A stretch of DNA of 53,167 bases from a virus (IMGVR_UViG_3300025120_000073:1-53167), one strand, 5' to 3'; positions 17,311 through 25,706 are shown, counted from the stretch's first letter. Numbers and translations are program-made. Notes: generated by a model from the letters alone, not told the origin.

Positions 17311-18375
17311 ATGAGATTATCAGAAGCAAGCATTCTTTCAGAGAATGCATTAATTCACCAATTAGACAATCGCGGTAAGGTCGCGGAGTCTGAAATACTT
17401 GTACCATATTGGATCGGAGCGGCAGGGCTTGGTAAAACCCAAGCGGTTAAGGCATTATCAAAACGCCTTAGCGAAATACGCGGTGTTGATTTTGGCTGTA
17501 ACATTTTTAGTTTAGCTCAATATTCTCCAGAGGATATTGCAGGATGGCTTTTGCCAAACAGCGACAAAACTAAAATGATCAGGATCAAACCTGATTGGAT
17601 GCCCGAAAAAGGTACGCACGGTATACTGTTCTTTGATGAGATACCCCAAGCTATTGTCGCCAACCAAAACGTAGCGGCTCAGATTATCAATGAACACCGT
17701 GTTGGCGATTGGAATATACCCGACACATGGGTTGTTGTTGCCGCAGGTAACAGAGCCTCAGATCGTGCAGGTACAAACCAAATGCCTAACCACCTCAAAG
17801 ACAGGTTGATGTTCTTGCCAGTTGAGGCCAACCATTGGGAATGGATTAGCCATATGATGTCGCGCAAAAGAGGCGAACAGGCTTGTGCTTTTATTGGCTT
17901 CAAGCCTACTGCTTTACATGTAGTCAATCATGATGAAGATGTGAACCCGACACCTAGATCATGGGATAAGGTCTGCACTGCCATGACAATTTACGCAAGC
18001 TTACCATTAGCTCAACGCAGGAATGCTGTAGCAGGATTGGTTGGCGCGTCTGTGGCGGCAGAGTTTTTTGCTTTTCTCGCGGTATATGATGAGATTGGTG
18101 ATGTTGATGACATTATCAAAAACCCTGCATCTGCACCCATCCCTGACCGTCCAGATGTTGTCTTTGCTCTTTGTCAATCACTAGCGTCAAAAGCTAGCGA
18201 CAAAAACATTGGCAACATTATCAAATATATCAATCGACTTGAGGAGGTTGGCATGGGTGCTGAGTATTCTGCTTTCGTTATGAAGACAGCAATACAGGCA
18301 ATACCAAACTACAAGCAGAACCCAGACATAAGAGATTGGGTTTTGAATAGTGGTGGCAAAGAGTTGCTACTCTAA
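17311..18375 (+). CDS. MoxR-type AAA+ ATPase
   Basis: Walker A GAAGLGKT, Walker B ILFFDE, VAAGN sensor, LKDRL, TPRSW. Confidence 0.9.
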   Translation: MRLSEASILSENALIHQLDNRGKVAESEILVPYWIGAAGLGKTQAVKALSKRLSEIRGVDFGCNIFSLAQYSPEDIAGWLLPNSDKTKMIRIKPDWMPEKGTHGILFFDEIPQAIVANQNVAAQIINEHRVGDWNIPDTWVVVAAGNRASDRAGTNQMPNHLKDRLMFLPVEANHWEWISHMMSRKRGEQACAFIGFKPTALHVVNHDEDVNPTPRSWDKVCTAMTIYASLPLAQRRNAVAGLVGASVAAEFFAFLAVYDEIGDVDDIIKNPASAPIPDRPDVVFALCQSLASKASDKNIGNIIKYINRLEEVGMGAEYSAFVMKTAIQAIPNYKQNPDIRDWVLNSGGKELLL

Positions 18376-18384
18376 AAAACAAGC

Positions 18385-18419
18385 AGATACCTCGCGTCAG
18401 CGCGAGGTATCTTTTTTTT
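18385..18419 (+). terminator. intrinsic terminator between the AAA and VWA genes
   Basis: AGATACCTCGCG-TCAG-CGCGAGGTATCT plus a T-run. Confidence 0.85.
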
Positions 18420-18424
18420 AATTT

Positions 18425-18436
18425 GTTCAATTGAAC
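18425..18436. repeat. dispersed palindrome, copy 5
   Basis: Exact copy between a terminator and the VWA gene RBS. Confidence 0.95.
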
Positions 18437-18455
18437 TTTTTTTTAGTGAGGTATT

Positions 18456-19610
18456 ATGGAACCCAAATTATTAGTTGCCCGTGCTGTTACAAAGCTTTTG
18501 CTTCAGTATCCATTCTATGGGTCACTGGCCTTAGCACTGCGAATGATGCAAGATGACACTATCGACACCATGTGTACTGATGGTAAATCAATCAAGTGGA
18601 GTGCTAACTTTGTTGCTACTCTTGATCCCTTACAAGTGATGTTTGTTATTACTCATGAGGTGTTACATGTTGCGTTCAAGCATATGTTCAGGATAGGCAA
18701 GCGCAATCACAAGCTGTGGAACATTGCCTGTGACTTTGCAATCAATGCAATACTTATCAAAATGTTTGGCATCGAAGCTATGCCAGAGGGTGGGCTTTAC
18801 GATCCTCAATATGAGGGTATGTCAGCCGAAAAGATTTATGATCTAATCAAAGACATGTCTGATGATGAAATAGACAAAATCACTGGCGGTCGAGATCAAT
18901 GGCAGATGGGTGATTTTCAAGAACCTAAAGATGGCAATGGTGATGCGATGCAGGAAGCAGAGCTTGACCAGTTATCAGATGATATCGATCAAAAGGTTAT
19001 CATAGCCGCTGACACTGCCAGAGCCGCAGGAAAGCTACCATCTGAAGTGCAGGAGCTTGTTGATATTATGAAGCGGTCACAAGTTGACTTAGAGACAGTA
19101 GTCTCTCGCTTTGTTGGTGGAGATGTTCCTGCTGACTTCAGCTATAGGAAAATCAACAGGCGCTCTTATATGATGCTCGACATGGTGTCACCAACGATTG
19201 CCAAGCATTCTGTCGGTCACGTTATTATCAAGATTGACAGTAGCGCATCGGTCAGAAAAGAAGAGCTTCAATATTTCCTTGGCATCTGCAATCAGTTTGT
19301 CGAAGAGAAGCAACCAGAATCTGTTACTATCATTACTTGGGATACAAAGGTTCGAACCGTCACAACCTACGATAAAGGTCAAGCAATACCTGACCTAAAG
19401 CTTACAGGTCGAGGCGGCACACTAATCAGCCCAGTGTTCCAATATGTAGAAGACAACCAGTTGCCATGTGACTATTCAATTGTTTTGTCTGATATGTGCA
19501 TCTTTGACTACCCTGAGCGTCCTGCTAATTACCCAGTGCTTTGGGTAAGCCCAGATATGAGATCGAAACCTGCCCCTTGGGGCAAGTCAACTTGGATGAA
19601 GGCCGCTTAA
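18456..19610 (+). CDS. putative metallopeptidase + VWA domain protein (DUF2201-like)
   Basis: TMCTDG, HEVLHVAFKH (HExxH), WNIACDFAIN; MIDAS-like IDSSAS, GRGGT, LSD. Confidence 0.9.
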   Translation: MEPKLLVARAVTKLLLQYPFYGSLALALRMMQDDTIDTMCTDGKSIKWSANFVATLDPLQVMFVITHEVLHVAFKHMFRIGKRNHKLWNIACDFAINAILIKMFGIEAMPEGGLYDPQYEGMSAEKIYDLIKDMSDDEIDKITGGRDQWQMGDFQEPKDGNGDAMQEAELDQLSDDIDQKVIIAADTARAAGKLPSEVQELVDIMKRSQVDLETVVSRFVGGDVPADFSYRKINRRSYMMLDMVSPTIAKHSVGHVIIKIDSSASVRKEELQYFLGICNQFVEEKQPESVTIITWDTKVRTVTTYDKGQAIPDLKLTGRGGTLISPVFQYVEDNQLPCDYSIVLSDMCIFDYPERPANYPVLWVSPDMRSKPAPWGKSTWMKAA

Positions 19611-19627
19611 TGCGGTCTTCTTTTTTT
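19598..19627 (+). terminator. intrinsic terminator
   Basis: GAAGGCCGC-TTAAT-GCGGTCTTC plus a T-run. Confidence 0.8.
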
Positions 19628-19641
19628 AAAGGGAAAAGTAA

Positions 19642-19761
19642 ATGGAAAAATTTTTAGATGTAATAGCATTTATAGTGCTATGTGTGTTGCCAATTTCGAT
19701 TGTTGTTGGCGTTTGGTTATCATTGGCAAAGAATGTCATAACCGTTTTTGGAGCAATGTAA
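19642..19761 (+). CDS. 39-aa single-pass membrane protein (not in the ORF track)
   Basis: MEKFLDVIAFIVLCVLPISIVVGVWLSLAKNVITVFGAM; AAGGGA RBS; fills the gap to the next ATG. Confidence 0.65.
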   Translation: MEKFLDVIAFIVLCVLPISIVVGVWLSLAKNVITVFGAM

Positions 19762-19762
19762 A

Positions 19763-20521
19763 ATGGAAACTTCTGATATAGATTATCTAACAATTTGTAA
19801 ATCAATAGATGTATTGAAAGCACACGCTCAATACACGTTCAAGCAGTTAGGACTGTCGAAAGATGCAACTGAAAAATTAATAGAACATGCCAGAGAAAAT
19901 GCGTATGTCAGCCACAAGGCTGTCTCTTCTATCATTGGTTTAAATACTTCATCTGCAAGGATATTGCTTTCTTCATTCAGTAGTTGTGTAAATGAAATAC
20001 ACCAAACTAGAAGGATGCTCCGCAGTGTTGATAAATCATCAAGGCTAGACGAGGCTAGGTATGAAAGTCAAAGCAATGCATATCGAGCATTCGGTGACGC
20101 ATTTCCCTCTGCTCAGATAGAGACTAAATGTCAGGTTGGAGAAGAGATTGCCGTAAGAGATCTCTACAACAAATGGGATACCCTTGTTGAGGGCGGTGCG
20201 AGTGTTTCAGTTCCTATCAGTTGGAACAAAAAGATATACGAAGAAGGTATATCTGTTGTACAAGCAGGAGATGGTGCAAGATTTATCTTGGATTGCAAAG
20301 AGCGCAAGATAGCTAGGCTTAACAATGACTATATACGTTGTTGGGCTGTTCGAGCGGTCAAGCGCAAGCATAAGGTATGCAGTGTGGAGAATGCCACCGT
20401 CATGAAGTACAATGCAGGTGGTGAAGTTGTGCTATCAATCTCTGACAGCTTCAGTAAATCTGAGAGCTTGATTAGACGTAGGATCAAAGACAAGGCACTT
20501 GGTGTGCTTATGGAACTCTAG
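19763..20521 (+). CDS. hypothetical protein
   Basis: Start moved to ATG 19763 (GGAG RBS); 252 aa. Confidence 0.75.
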   Translation: METSDIDYLTICKSIDVLKAHAQYTFKQLGLSKDATEKLIEHARENAYVSHKAVSSIIGLNTSSARILLSSFSSCVNEIHQTRRMLRSVDKSSRLDEARYESQSNAYRAFGDAFPSAQIETKCQVGEEIAVRDLYNKWDTLVEGGASVSVPISWNKKIYEEGISVVQAGDGARFILDCKERKIARLNNDYIRCWAVRAVKRKHKVCSVENATVMKYNAGGEVVLSISDSFSKSESLIRRRIKDKALGVLMEL

Positions 20522-20577
20522 GCTTACCTCGCTGTAGGTTTATACATGCCTTCCTACAGTTTGCCTAGAAAACTTAG

Positions 20578-20605
20578 GGGAGAGCTGCGGCTCTCCCTTT
20601 TTTTT
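20578..20605 (+). terminator. intrinsic terminator
   Basis: GGGAGAGC-TGCG-GCTCTCCC plus T8. Confidence 0.85.
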
Positions 20606-20617
20606 GTTCAATTGAAC
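20606..20617. repeat. dispersed palindrome, copy 6
   Basis: Exact copy between a terminator T-run and the next RBS. Confidence 0.95.
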
Positions 20618-20638
20618 TTTTTTATGGGAGAAATATTA

Positions 20639-21538
20639 ATGAGTAATGATGAAAAAAAACCAACGATAGGTAATCGTATGGGGTTTATTGAAACTATTAA
20701 TGACACCTTAACTCTTTATAGAGGTTTGCTAGAACCTAATCATCGTGGATTTAACAATAGAAGCGACTTATCTTTTGATGAGAAGATGCTTATGAGAAAA
20801 TCAATTGAGGATCTTAAACGTGCAGATCTATATTTTATGCACGAGGATTTTGCAGAAATACTGACAGACTATGGAGATCAATTTGATGGAATTGATTTTC
20901 CTGAAATGCGTTTCAGTGAATTTACCAGACCATGTTCAAGAGTATGTTACATGCGTATTAATCATCTTACTAACCTTATACTAGATAGTGAAAATAAAGA
21001 TAAATCCGTAGCAAACTATGGCTATATTACTGAGTATTATGAAGACAAAACAACCGCTATCACCTTGGTTGCGCCATTAACTGCGCCAAGACCAGTGGGT
21101 GCTTATCATCCTGATCGTGGTATTTATATGCCAGAAAATACACCAGAGGAATTTTACGAACCTTTTGCGGGTGCATGTTTTTATATCGCAGGTGCTTTTG
21201 AGTTAATCAACAATCCTAAGTTTGTCATATCTAAGGCGGCAGGGACTAGAGCGCAAAGAAAACAAATGAAGCGTGAGCAAGACATACCTTTGGAGGCATG
21301 GCATCAAATTGCATGGAATGTAGACGATGAAACAATTGAGGTAAACGAAGTAGATCGTGGTGGATGGCATATGCCCCTTCACTACACTAGGGGTCATACT
21401 CGAAAAGCTGAACCGCATCACAAAAACGTGATGTATAAAGATGGCAAACCATACAAATGGATACACGGCTTTTGGTCTGGTCATCCTGCGTATGGAATTA
21501 AGAAGGGGTATCATGCCCCTAAAATAACTGCGGCATAA
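20639..21538 (+). CDS. hypothetical phage protein with C-terminal HxxRGHxR motif
   Basis: Start moved to MSNDEKK (GGGAG RBS); HYTRGHTR..KWIHGFWSGHP. Confidence 0.75.
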   Translation: MSNDEKKPTIGNRMGFIETINDTLTLYRGLLEPNHRGFNNRSDLSFDEKMLMRKSIEDLKRADLYFMHEDFAEILTDYGDQFDGIDFPEMRFSEFTRPCSRVCYMRINHLTNLILDSENKDKSVANYGYITEYYEDKTTAITLVAPLTAPRPVGAYHPDRGIYMPENTPEEFYEPFAGACFYIAGAFELINNPKFVISKAAGTRAQRKQMKREQDIPLEAWHQIAWNVDDETIEVNEVDRGGWHMPLHYTRGHTRKAEPHHKNVMYKDGKPYKWIHGFWSGHPAYGIKKGYHAPKITAA

Positions 21539-21549
21539 GGAGAGAAGTA

Positions 21550-21747
21550 ATGAAAAGATTTTATGTGGAATTAAAACGTCATACCCGAAGCATATCAAGC
21601 TCTGAAAGCCTTGATACATGGGCTGAAGAAAAATCTGAATTTGTTTACATTATGGCGTATCATAGAGATCAGATTGTAGACATGCTTGGCGATGAATATT
21701 TTATCGTTAAAATAATTGAGAAGGAGATAAGTGAACGTGGCTACTAA
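21550..21747 (+). CDS. small hypothetical protein
   Basis: AAGGAG RBS; tightly packed operon. Confidence 0.7.
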   Translation: MKRFYVELKRHTRSISSSESLDTWAEEKSEFVYIMAYHRDQIVDMLGDEYFIVKIIEKEISERGY

Positions 21748-21925
21748 AGTTGGAGACACTGATTTAGTTCAGCGTGGCATTCTAATCAGTAAGTATATTG
21801 ATAATGAGTGTGATGAGCGAGAAAGAATACAAGCAGAATTTCTCATAGATAACGATGACTGGTGCAACAAAGTTTATGTACAACAACTTATCGCTCAAGC
21901 CAGACTTGAGGAGTATTTTATCTGA
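21731..21925 (+). CDS. small hypothetical protein
   Basis: AAGGAG RBS, GTG start; packed operon. Confidence 0.65.
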   Translation: MNVATKVGDTDLVQRGILISKYIDNECDERERIQAEFLIDNDDWCNKVYVQQLIAQARLEEYFI

Positions 21926-22131
21926 TGGAATATTGGACACTCTTAACGATAGGATACAACGTCCTTGATAATATGATGTATGTCAGCATCTGGTTTCAAA
22001 ATGAAAAGGATTGTTGGAGCGTACTTATGAATAGCGGTACGCTCTACGATCAAATCAATGCCGAAATGGGTTACTGTGATGTAAGCGAGGTCGCATCGCA
22101 TGTAGTGAGGCCTAAAATCAGACCTTGGTAG
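21925..22131 (+). CDS. small hypothetical protein
   Basis: TGATG overlap; two Cys; C-terminal VRPKIRPW. Confidence 0.7.
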   Translation: MEYWTLLTIGYNVLDNMMYVSIWFQNEKDCWSVLMNSGTLYDQINAEMGYCDVSEVASHVVRPKIRPW

Positions 22132-22140
22132 GAGAAGTAA

Positions 22141-22311
22141 ATGCCAAAATATAAAGTAACCGCCACATGTGATGTGGGATATGCCGCTGTTATCGAAGCC
22201 GATACCGAAGAAGAAGCTTGGAAGATAGCAAAAGGTGACTGTGAAGCGGATTGGGAGCAAACCGATCAAGGTCACGACTGGACAGTAGAAAACATTTGGG
22301 AGATAAAATGA
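22141..22311 (+). CDS. 56-aa acidic hypothetical protein (not in the ORF track)
   Basis: MPKYKVTATCDVGYAAVIEADTEEEAWKIAK...; AGGAG RBS; fills the gap. Confidence 0.75.
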   Translation: MPKYKVTATCDVGYAAVIEADTEEEAWKIAKGDCEADWEQTDQGHDWTVENIWEIK

Positions 22312-22527
22312 ATGGGATATGAGCAGTTAACCATGTTTCAAGCCAGTCAATTGAAATGGTTAAAAAGACAGGTGGATAATCTCGCGGATGAAAGCAGACG
22401 AAGTGATGCTAGGCCGCGAATAGAACAGGAGCTTTTCGCCGCGCGTGAGGAGCTTGATGATTATGTTGAAAATTTAAAGCAATCAGGTATTGCAATAGAA
22501 CATGGGAGAAGATCATGGCTATATTAG
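22312..22527 (+). CDS. small coiled-coil hypothetical protein
   Basis: 71 aa in a packed operon. Confidence 0.7.
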   Translation: MGYEQLTMFQASQLKWLKRQVDNLADESRRSDARPRIEQELFAAREELDDYVENLKQSGIAIEHGRRSWLY

Positions 22528-22847
22528 CTAAAGCAAAAGGCACGGTTTATGCCAGTGAAGAAGCAAGAATAAAACTAGAGGTTTTGTACAGACAAGGTTG
22601 GATGGAACAAAATAAAAAAGACGCGGCTTTAAGGCCCGAATTAAGAATAAGGTCTCATTTCAAATCTGATAAAGTAATAAAAAGATCTCAGTCACCAAAA
22701 AAACCTCAATTACCAAAACAGGCAAAAATAGTTAATAACATGTTGTCTGAAGGAAAATCACCTAGGCAGGTAGCTAAATCTTTATATGAAAATATAAAGT
22801 ATATCAGTAGCTTAATAACTAAATATAACCTTCCTACAAGAAAATAA
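22515..22847 (+). CDS. basic protein with possible C-terminal HTH
   Basis: IVNNMLSEGKSPRQVAKSL resembles an HTH; last gene of the early operon. Confidence 0.6.
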   Translation: MAILAKAKGTVYASEEARIKLEVLYRQGWMEQNKKDAALRPELRIRSHFKSDKVIKRSQSPKKPQLPKQAKIVNNMLSEGKSPRQVAKSLYENIKYISSLITKYNLPTRK

Positions 22848-22893
22848 AGCGCACCTACGCAAATTAAACGAATCATGTGTTATGTTGTAAATA

Positions 22894-22999
22894 AGATCCG
22901 TTTTTTGCAGGAGATAAATTATGCCTCCACCATAATTATGCGTAAGCTATGAGTGCGCTGAGGGCGAACTGAACATGTGAAATGACGAACAGTCCTTAA
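22894..22999 (+). other. RBS followed by a chain of five minigenes (MPPP, MRKL, MSALRAN, M, MTNSP)
   Basis: AGGAG at 22909-22913; ORFs 22921-22935, 22938-22952, 22949-22972, 22975-22980, 22982-22999. Confidence 0.5.
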
Positions 23000-23041
23000 C
23001 CATAGCAGTAAGAGCCTGAACCTTTACTGGTGATCTTACAC

Positions 23042-23070
23042 TAGGGGAGAAGTATCAGCCTTCTCCCCTA
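23042..23070 (+). terminator. strong hairpin ending the plus-strand transcript
   Basis: TAGGGGAGAAG-TATCAGC-CTTCTCCCCTA, 11-bp perfect stem; weak U-tract. Confidence 0.7.
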
Positions 23071-23080
23071 ATTTATAAAA

Positions 23081-23092
23081 GTTCAATTGAAC
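23081..23092. repeat. dispersed palindrome, copy 7
   Basis: Exact copy between two convergent terminators. Confidence 0.95.
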
Positions 23093-23121
23093 AAAAAAAA
23101 GAGGTGGCGCGAAGCCACCTC
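23093..23121 (-). terminator. intrinsic terminator (minus strand)
   Basis: GAGGTGGC-TTCGC-GCCACCTC plus T8. Confidence 0.85.
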
Positions 23122-23186
23122 AGATCCGTTCAGAGCAGGATTATCGTCAGTTCACAACAAGCGGAAGTGAAAAACAAATGTCCTGA
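23093..23186 (-). ncRNA. candidate ~90-nt antisense small RNA
   Basis: Lies between its own promoter (23192-23220) and terminator; 5' GUCAG/CUGAC stem; carries UCCUGC-N4-AACGGAUCU complementary to 22894-22912. Confidence 0.55.
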
Positions 23187-23191
23187 CACAA

Positions 23192-23220
23192 GATCTAGCA
23201 CTCGCACATATTAACGTCAA
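23192..23220 (-). promoter_or_regulatory. sigma70-type promoter for the candidate sRNA
   Basis: TTGACG-N17-TAGATC with an extended -10 TG. Confidence 0.6.
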
Positions 23221-23369
23221 ACACTTTTGTTTAGTTTGTCAGACAAATCTTTTATAAGATTTAGAGTGGTTCTTATATCTAGACGTATAACCTCTACTTC
23301 TTTTCCTTTTGAATAAACGTGTAAATTCACACACTTATCACCCTCTCTTGCAGTAATGTACTTGCTCAT
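23217..23369 (-). CDS. 50-aa hypothetical protein (not in the ORF track)
   Basis: MSKYITAREGDKCVNLHVYSKGKEVEVIRLDIRTTLNLIKDLSDKLNKSV; ATGA overlap with the helicase stop. Confidence 0.65.
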   Translation of the reverse strand: MSKYITAREGDKCVNLHVYSKGKEVEVIRLDIRTTLNLIKDLSDKLNKSV

Positions 23370-25138
23370 AAGTCAATATCCAAATCTAAATCATGTGCTA
23401 TTGACGCAACACTTGTCGCGTAAGGTAGGTTGTATGTGCTTGTGGGGCTATCAAAAGATAGCTCAGTATCACCCTGCTTTCCCGCCCAAGAGAAGCGGCA
23501 TTTCCACACAATTATTTTTGATAAAGAAGAATGTACAGGATCAGGTCTGTGTACCGTAAGGCCAACATCAGCCTTAGCAAACCAAGCGGCTGACCCAGAT
23601 ATGTCATACCCTTTCGGGGCAGGTACTTCTCCATTACTATCACGCATCATCTTTGTTGGGTGTGCCACAAACCATAGATGTATCCCGTGCGCTTGTGCAA
23701 AAACTCTTAATCGTGTCAAAACATCTGATACCCATTCTGTTTCAGAAGTATCTGATTTATCCTTCTGAATATAATTATAAGGGTCAATGATTGCTCCCCT
23801 TATTCCATGCCGTAAAACGGCAACCTTCAATCGCTCGATAATGCTATCAACAGATGATAAAGTTCCATCAGCTTGATAGAGAAAAGAAAAGTTCGATTGA
23901 ACAAATTGCTTTCCCCCCTCCATTTCTTCTTTTGTCATTCTTGGTGTTTTACCATCAAAGAAAGGCAGTCGTAAAAACTTACTTATCAGCTTGGCAATGT
24001 GTATTCGTGGCTCGTTTTCGAAACTGCAAATTGCAAACTTCCATCCCTCACGCTCCGCCAAGTTTACCATTAATTGATCTATAAATTCTGATTTGCCAGA
24101 GCTTGGGTGACCAGTCACTACCGTAAGTTGACCCTCAACAATTGAATACAATTCGTCTACATTTTTGTAGCCAGTTGATACACCTGAACCCACCCCTTTC
24201 TCATAGATCTCATCAACGTCCTCAAAGAAATGCTTCGCGTCAAAAAGACCTGCAACAGGCCAAGGTGACGCCCCAGTAATCAGGCTATCCACACCGTCTT
24301 TACCGTGCTTCAATAAGACATCGTTGGCGTCCTTACAGCCCTCTGGATAATGAATTTTAAAAACTTTATCCTTACCAATGCGCCTTGCAATTTCTTCAGC
24401 CATAGCTTGACCTGCATCATCAGCGTCAGTTGCGATTATAATTTTTCCTGCCTCATCAATTTGCTTCTTCGCGTTCCATAAGAACTTGAATTTATTATCT
24501 TCTTTCGGATCAACTTGATTTTCGGCAACCTTCATTACTGCACCATTTGGAACAGAAACAGAGCTTGTATACCCTGATTCGATAAGTGCCAACGCATCCA
24601 TTTCTCCTTCGCAAATTATAAGATCTTTGCCTTTCTCAACGTTATCAATGTTAAAAAAGGTTTGAGGCGCACCGTTGCAGGAAAAACCTTTTCCTTCAAT
24701 CGATCTAATTTTTTGAGCGTAATCTTCACCCTTATTTGTGTATGGAAAAAGTATACAATCAACTTCTGCTTTAGCAGATTGTATATAATTTTTAGCGTAT
24801 TTTAGATTTACTTTTTTGGCGGTCTCTTCCGAGATGCCCCTGTGACGCAGAAAGCTTATCGCGTTCTCGCCAAGTGGAGATGTCTCAATTTTTTTTGCAA
24901 CGGACACTACTTCTACCCTTCTCTGAGCTTTGATTTGTGGTAACTCATCACGCAAAGGAACAATGCCGTTCATACCGCAGTGCCAACAATGGTACAGCGC
25001 CTTATCGCCATCTATCCTAAATGATAAAGTCTTTTCGTTTTTCTTTTTGCGGCTGTGACCACAGCTTGGGCATGATATTTTATATTGACCTTGACCTAAC
25101 CTGTTAGCTTCACCGCGCAGTTCTTGTTCTACTTGCAC
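23366..25138 (-). CDS. Twinkle/T7 gp4-like DNA primase-helicase
   Basis: Zn finger CPSC..CWHC; TOPRIM CEGEMD and DADDAG; KDAND; Walker A GHPSSGKS; IIDPYN, VAHPTK, YDISGSA. GTG start at 25138 preferred (AGGA RBS). Confidence 0.92.
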   Translation of the reverse strand: MQVEQELRGEANRLGQGQYKISCPSCGHSRKKKNEKTLSFRIDGDKALYHCWHCGMNGIVPLRDELPQIKAQRRVEVVSVAKKIETSPLGENAISFLRHRGISEETAKKVNLKYAKNYIQSAKAEVDCILFPYTNKGEDYAQKIRSIEGKGFSCNGAPQTFFNIDNVEKGKDLIICEGEMDALALIESGYTSSVSVPNGAVMKVAENQVDPKEDNKFKFLWNAKKQIDEAGKIIIATDADDAGQAMAEEIARRIGKDKVFKIHYPEGCKDANDVLLKHGKDGVDSLITGASPWPVAGLFDAKHFFEDVDEIYEKGVGSGVSTGYKNVDELYSIVEGQLTVVTGHPSSGKSEFIDQLMVNLAEREGWKFAICSFENEPRIHIAKLISKFLRLPFFDGKTPRMTKEEMEGGKQFVQSNFSFLYQADGTLSSVDSIIERLKVAVLRHGIRGAIIDPYNYIQKDKSDTSETEWVSDVLTRLRVFAQAHGIHLWFVAHPTKMMRDSNGEVPAPKGYDISGSAAWFAKADVGLTVHRPDPVHSSLSKIIVWKCRFSWAGKQGDTELSFDSPTSTYNLPYATSVASIAHDLDLDIDL

Positions 25139-25210
25139 GTTATTTCCTACTCTGATCCGTCTAGCATAGATTTCAGAGTGCCAGTCAGTCAAGCCACTAA
25201 ATTTAGTGGT

Positions 25211-25306
25211 TACCCCTATATATAAATACTATATAATCTCTCTCTTAGAGAGAGAGATATATTATATATATATTATATATTAATTATATTATTTATATTA
25301 CACGCG
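25211..25306 (-). repeat. AT-rich element with (TC)n/(GA)n palindrome, copy B (inverted relative to copy A)
   Basis: Minus strand reads CGCGTGTAATAT..(TA)n..palindrome (25236-25258)..AGGGGTA. Confidence 0.8.
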
Positions 25307-25647
25307 CTCACGCGAATAATAGTTCTAGGATTTTCTTTATCTAATTGCCAGTAAATCATCTTCTGTTTTACCTGACGATCATTGGCATAAATCTTATTTT
25401 GCATACAATCGAGAATCAGGCTTTCATCAAGGTCAGGCCTTCTTGATGCGTAATAAATTACCATCTCAACCTTCACATCTTCAGTAATTAAATTTTCTAG
25501 AACTGGGCATTGCGAATCAAATGCTTTGACATAGTCCAAAGCTTTTTTTGACTTTATAAACCGAGGCTTGCCACCGATCAAAACAGCCTTACGACTGTTC
25601 GCTTTACTGGCAGGTTCACCATAAATTGTTAACGAAGTATACCCCAA
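25273..25647 (-). CDS. RusA-like Holliday junction resolvase
   Basis: GEPASKANS, RRPDLD..ILDCMQ..YANDRQV, NPRTII. Confidence 0.8.
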   Translation of the reverse strand: MGYTSLTIYGEPASKANSRKAVLIGGKPRFIKSKKALDYVKAFDSQCPVLENLITEDVKVEMVIYYASRRPDLDESLILDCMQNKIYANDRQVKQKMIYWQLDKENPRTIIRVSACNINNIINI

Positions 25648-25706
25648 AAAACCCTATTGACCCCCAATTGATAATATGATTTAAGCATAGATGTTCGGAG
25701 TAAACA

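Noticed and set aside
20546-20638. N-terminal extensions given by the ORF track (also 1458-1478, 4823-4876, 14078-14104, 43291-43323)
   Set aside because: They run through terminators, palindromes or neighbouring genes; downstream ATGs have clear RBSs or coupling overlaps.
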